A stretch of 64,000 nt of DNA. Origin: a virus. The first letter of the stretch is position 1, and each line of letters opens with the position of its first letter. Shown piece after piece: positions 62,721-64,000 of this stretch. A model generated the notes under the pieces. That model searched no databases and had not been told where the DNA came from. It worked only from the letters and a program-made list of their open reading frames with translations. Both the position numbers and the translations under genes were made by a program. The stretch lies in the IMG/VR virus record IMGVR_UViG_3300025913_000030, positions 1 through 64,000 of that record. The stretch is one strand, 5' to 3'.

Positions 62721-64000
62721 GCCGACACCGCCCGGTCAAGGATCTTCGATGCGTGATGGATCGAGATCTGATTCGACAGCTCGTTCTTGCTCAACGGTTG
62801 GCCGAGCGGGTCGTTGATCTGCAACCCGAGCCGCACCGCGTGACCGACCTGTGCCTCGCTCGGCCTGGCCTTCTTGGTGCGCCAGCTCGCGGTGCGGGAG
62901 GCCACCATCGGGTCCTCCTCCTCGGCGAACTGCTCGGCCCAGGACATCGCCAGGTCCAGCGGTAGCCCGTCCATCAGCCACTGGCCGCCCGAGGCGCTGT
63001 ACACCCCGCACTTGCCGATCTTGTAGGTGCCGTCCTCGCCGTCGGGCCAGAGGAAGTAGGTGTGCTCGCGGGTCGGGACGAACCACACCCCCTTGCGCGT
63101 CTGCAACCAGGCCGCGTGCGACTGCTGGAAGAGGTCGACCTCGCGGGTCGCCAGGTTCGCCAGCCTTATGAGGCTGGCCGTCTCGAGGTCCTTGCGTTCA
63201 CGCGCATCGCGCTCGATTGCCTCGGCCAGCGACTCCCCGTCGCCCGGCTGCACTCCGGTCTCGGTCAGGTCGACGATCGAGCGCAGCCCCATGCGCGAGG
63301 TGACGCCGACGACGTCGAGCAGCAGCGCGTCCTTCTTGCCGGGGTGGGTGCGCAGCACCCGGCCGGCCATCTGGATGTACAGGCCCTGCGACTGGGTGGG
63401 CCGGGCGATGACGCCGCAGGAGAGCTGCGGCATGTCGAAGCCCTCGGTTAGCACCATGCAGTTGGACAGGACCTGCGTGTCGCCGTGCCGGACCCGCTTG
63501 TAGATCAGCGCGCGGTCTTCCAACGGCGTCGAGCCGGTCACGGTCTCGGCCGGGATGCCGGCGGCCGTCAGCTCCTGCGCGAACGCCTCGGCGCTGGCCA
63601 CGGTCGGGGCAAACAGCACGCCCTGGCGGTCCGCGGCATGTTCCTTGTACGCCTGCGCGATCGCCTCCCCGGCGCCGCTGGCGAGCATCGCGTCGCCCAG
63701 GGCGCCGTCCTGGTAGTCGCCGCGCGTACGGGCGACCGAGGCGAGGTCGAGCCCTTCGACCTCGACGGCCTTGCCGCGCACGTCGACCAGGAAGCCCTCG
63801 CGGATGCCGAACAGGACATCGCGCTTGAACACGACGTCCTGCCACACATCGCCGAGCCCGCGCGTGTCCGAGCGCACCATCGTCGCGGTCACGCCCAGCG
63901 CCCGGGTGTCCCGGAAGCAGCCGTAGTGCTCCAGCACCTCGAGATACGAGCGGGCCGCGGCGTGGTGGCACTCGTCCACGATCACGAGCGTGACGCCGCG
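62717..64000 (-). CDS. SF2 DExH helicase, N-terminus outside the window
   Basis: DECHH, TAT, LTEGFD and QMAGRVLR motifs. Confidence 0.92.
   Translation of the reverse strand, partial: RGVTLVIVDECHHAAARSYLEVLEHYGCFRDTRALGVTATMVRSDTRGLGDVWQDVVFKRDVLFGIREGFLVDVRGKAVEVEGLDLASVARTRGDYQDGALGDAMLASGAGEAIAQAYKEHAADRQGVLFAPTVASAEAFAQELTAAGIPAETVTGSTPLEDRALIYKRVRHGDTQVLSNCMVLTEGFDMPQLSCGVIARPTQSQGLYIQMAGRVLRTHPGKKDALLLDVVGVTSRMGLRSIVDLTETGVQPGDGESLAEAIERDARERKDLETASLIRLANLATREVDLFQQSHAAWLQTRKGVWFVPTREHTYFLWPDGEDGTYKIGKCGVYSASGGQWLMDGLPLDLAMSWAEQFAEEEDPMVASRTASWRTKKARPSEAQVGHAVRLGLQINDPLGQPLSKNELSNQISIHHASKILDRAVSA

Overview
The whole window is part of a high-GC tailed actinobacteriophage or prophage with siphovirus layout, truncated at both ends. 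The host is probably a filamentous actinomycete, inferred from a BldN-like sigma factor and an actinobacterial LexA box. The plus strand carries small regulators and unknowns (1.9-7.8 kb), then terminase, portal, MuF-like protein, scaffold, capsid, neck, tail and tape measure (7.8-35.1 kb), and lysis genes plus an XRE regulator (40.1-42.9 kb). The minus strand carries a six-gene glycosylation cassette (35.6-40.0 kb), an RNA-rich operon (44.0-46.8 kb), accessory regulators, and replication genes (PolA, primase-helicase, SSB, PD-(D/E)XK nuclease, SF2 helicase). No integrase is visible. Main finding: a phage Ro60/TROVE gene is preceded by four Y-RNA-like genes and followed by an initiator tRNA-Met. 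Three of the RNAs hold a complete circularly permuted tRNA cloverleaf, including an anticodon arm (GUU, CUG and probably GCA), with the Ro-type stem inserted at tRNA position 27/28. Other notable findings: scaffold and capsid share an N-terminal leader ending PVYALAG[G/A] and flank a JAB metalloprotease and a permuted-papain peptidase; a 15-bp TTGACnnATAGTCAC promoter-operator occurs about 14 times; one gene is LexA-controlled; and one gene is broken by a T10 run. All calls were made by eye and no database searches were run.
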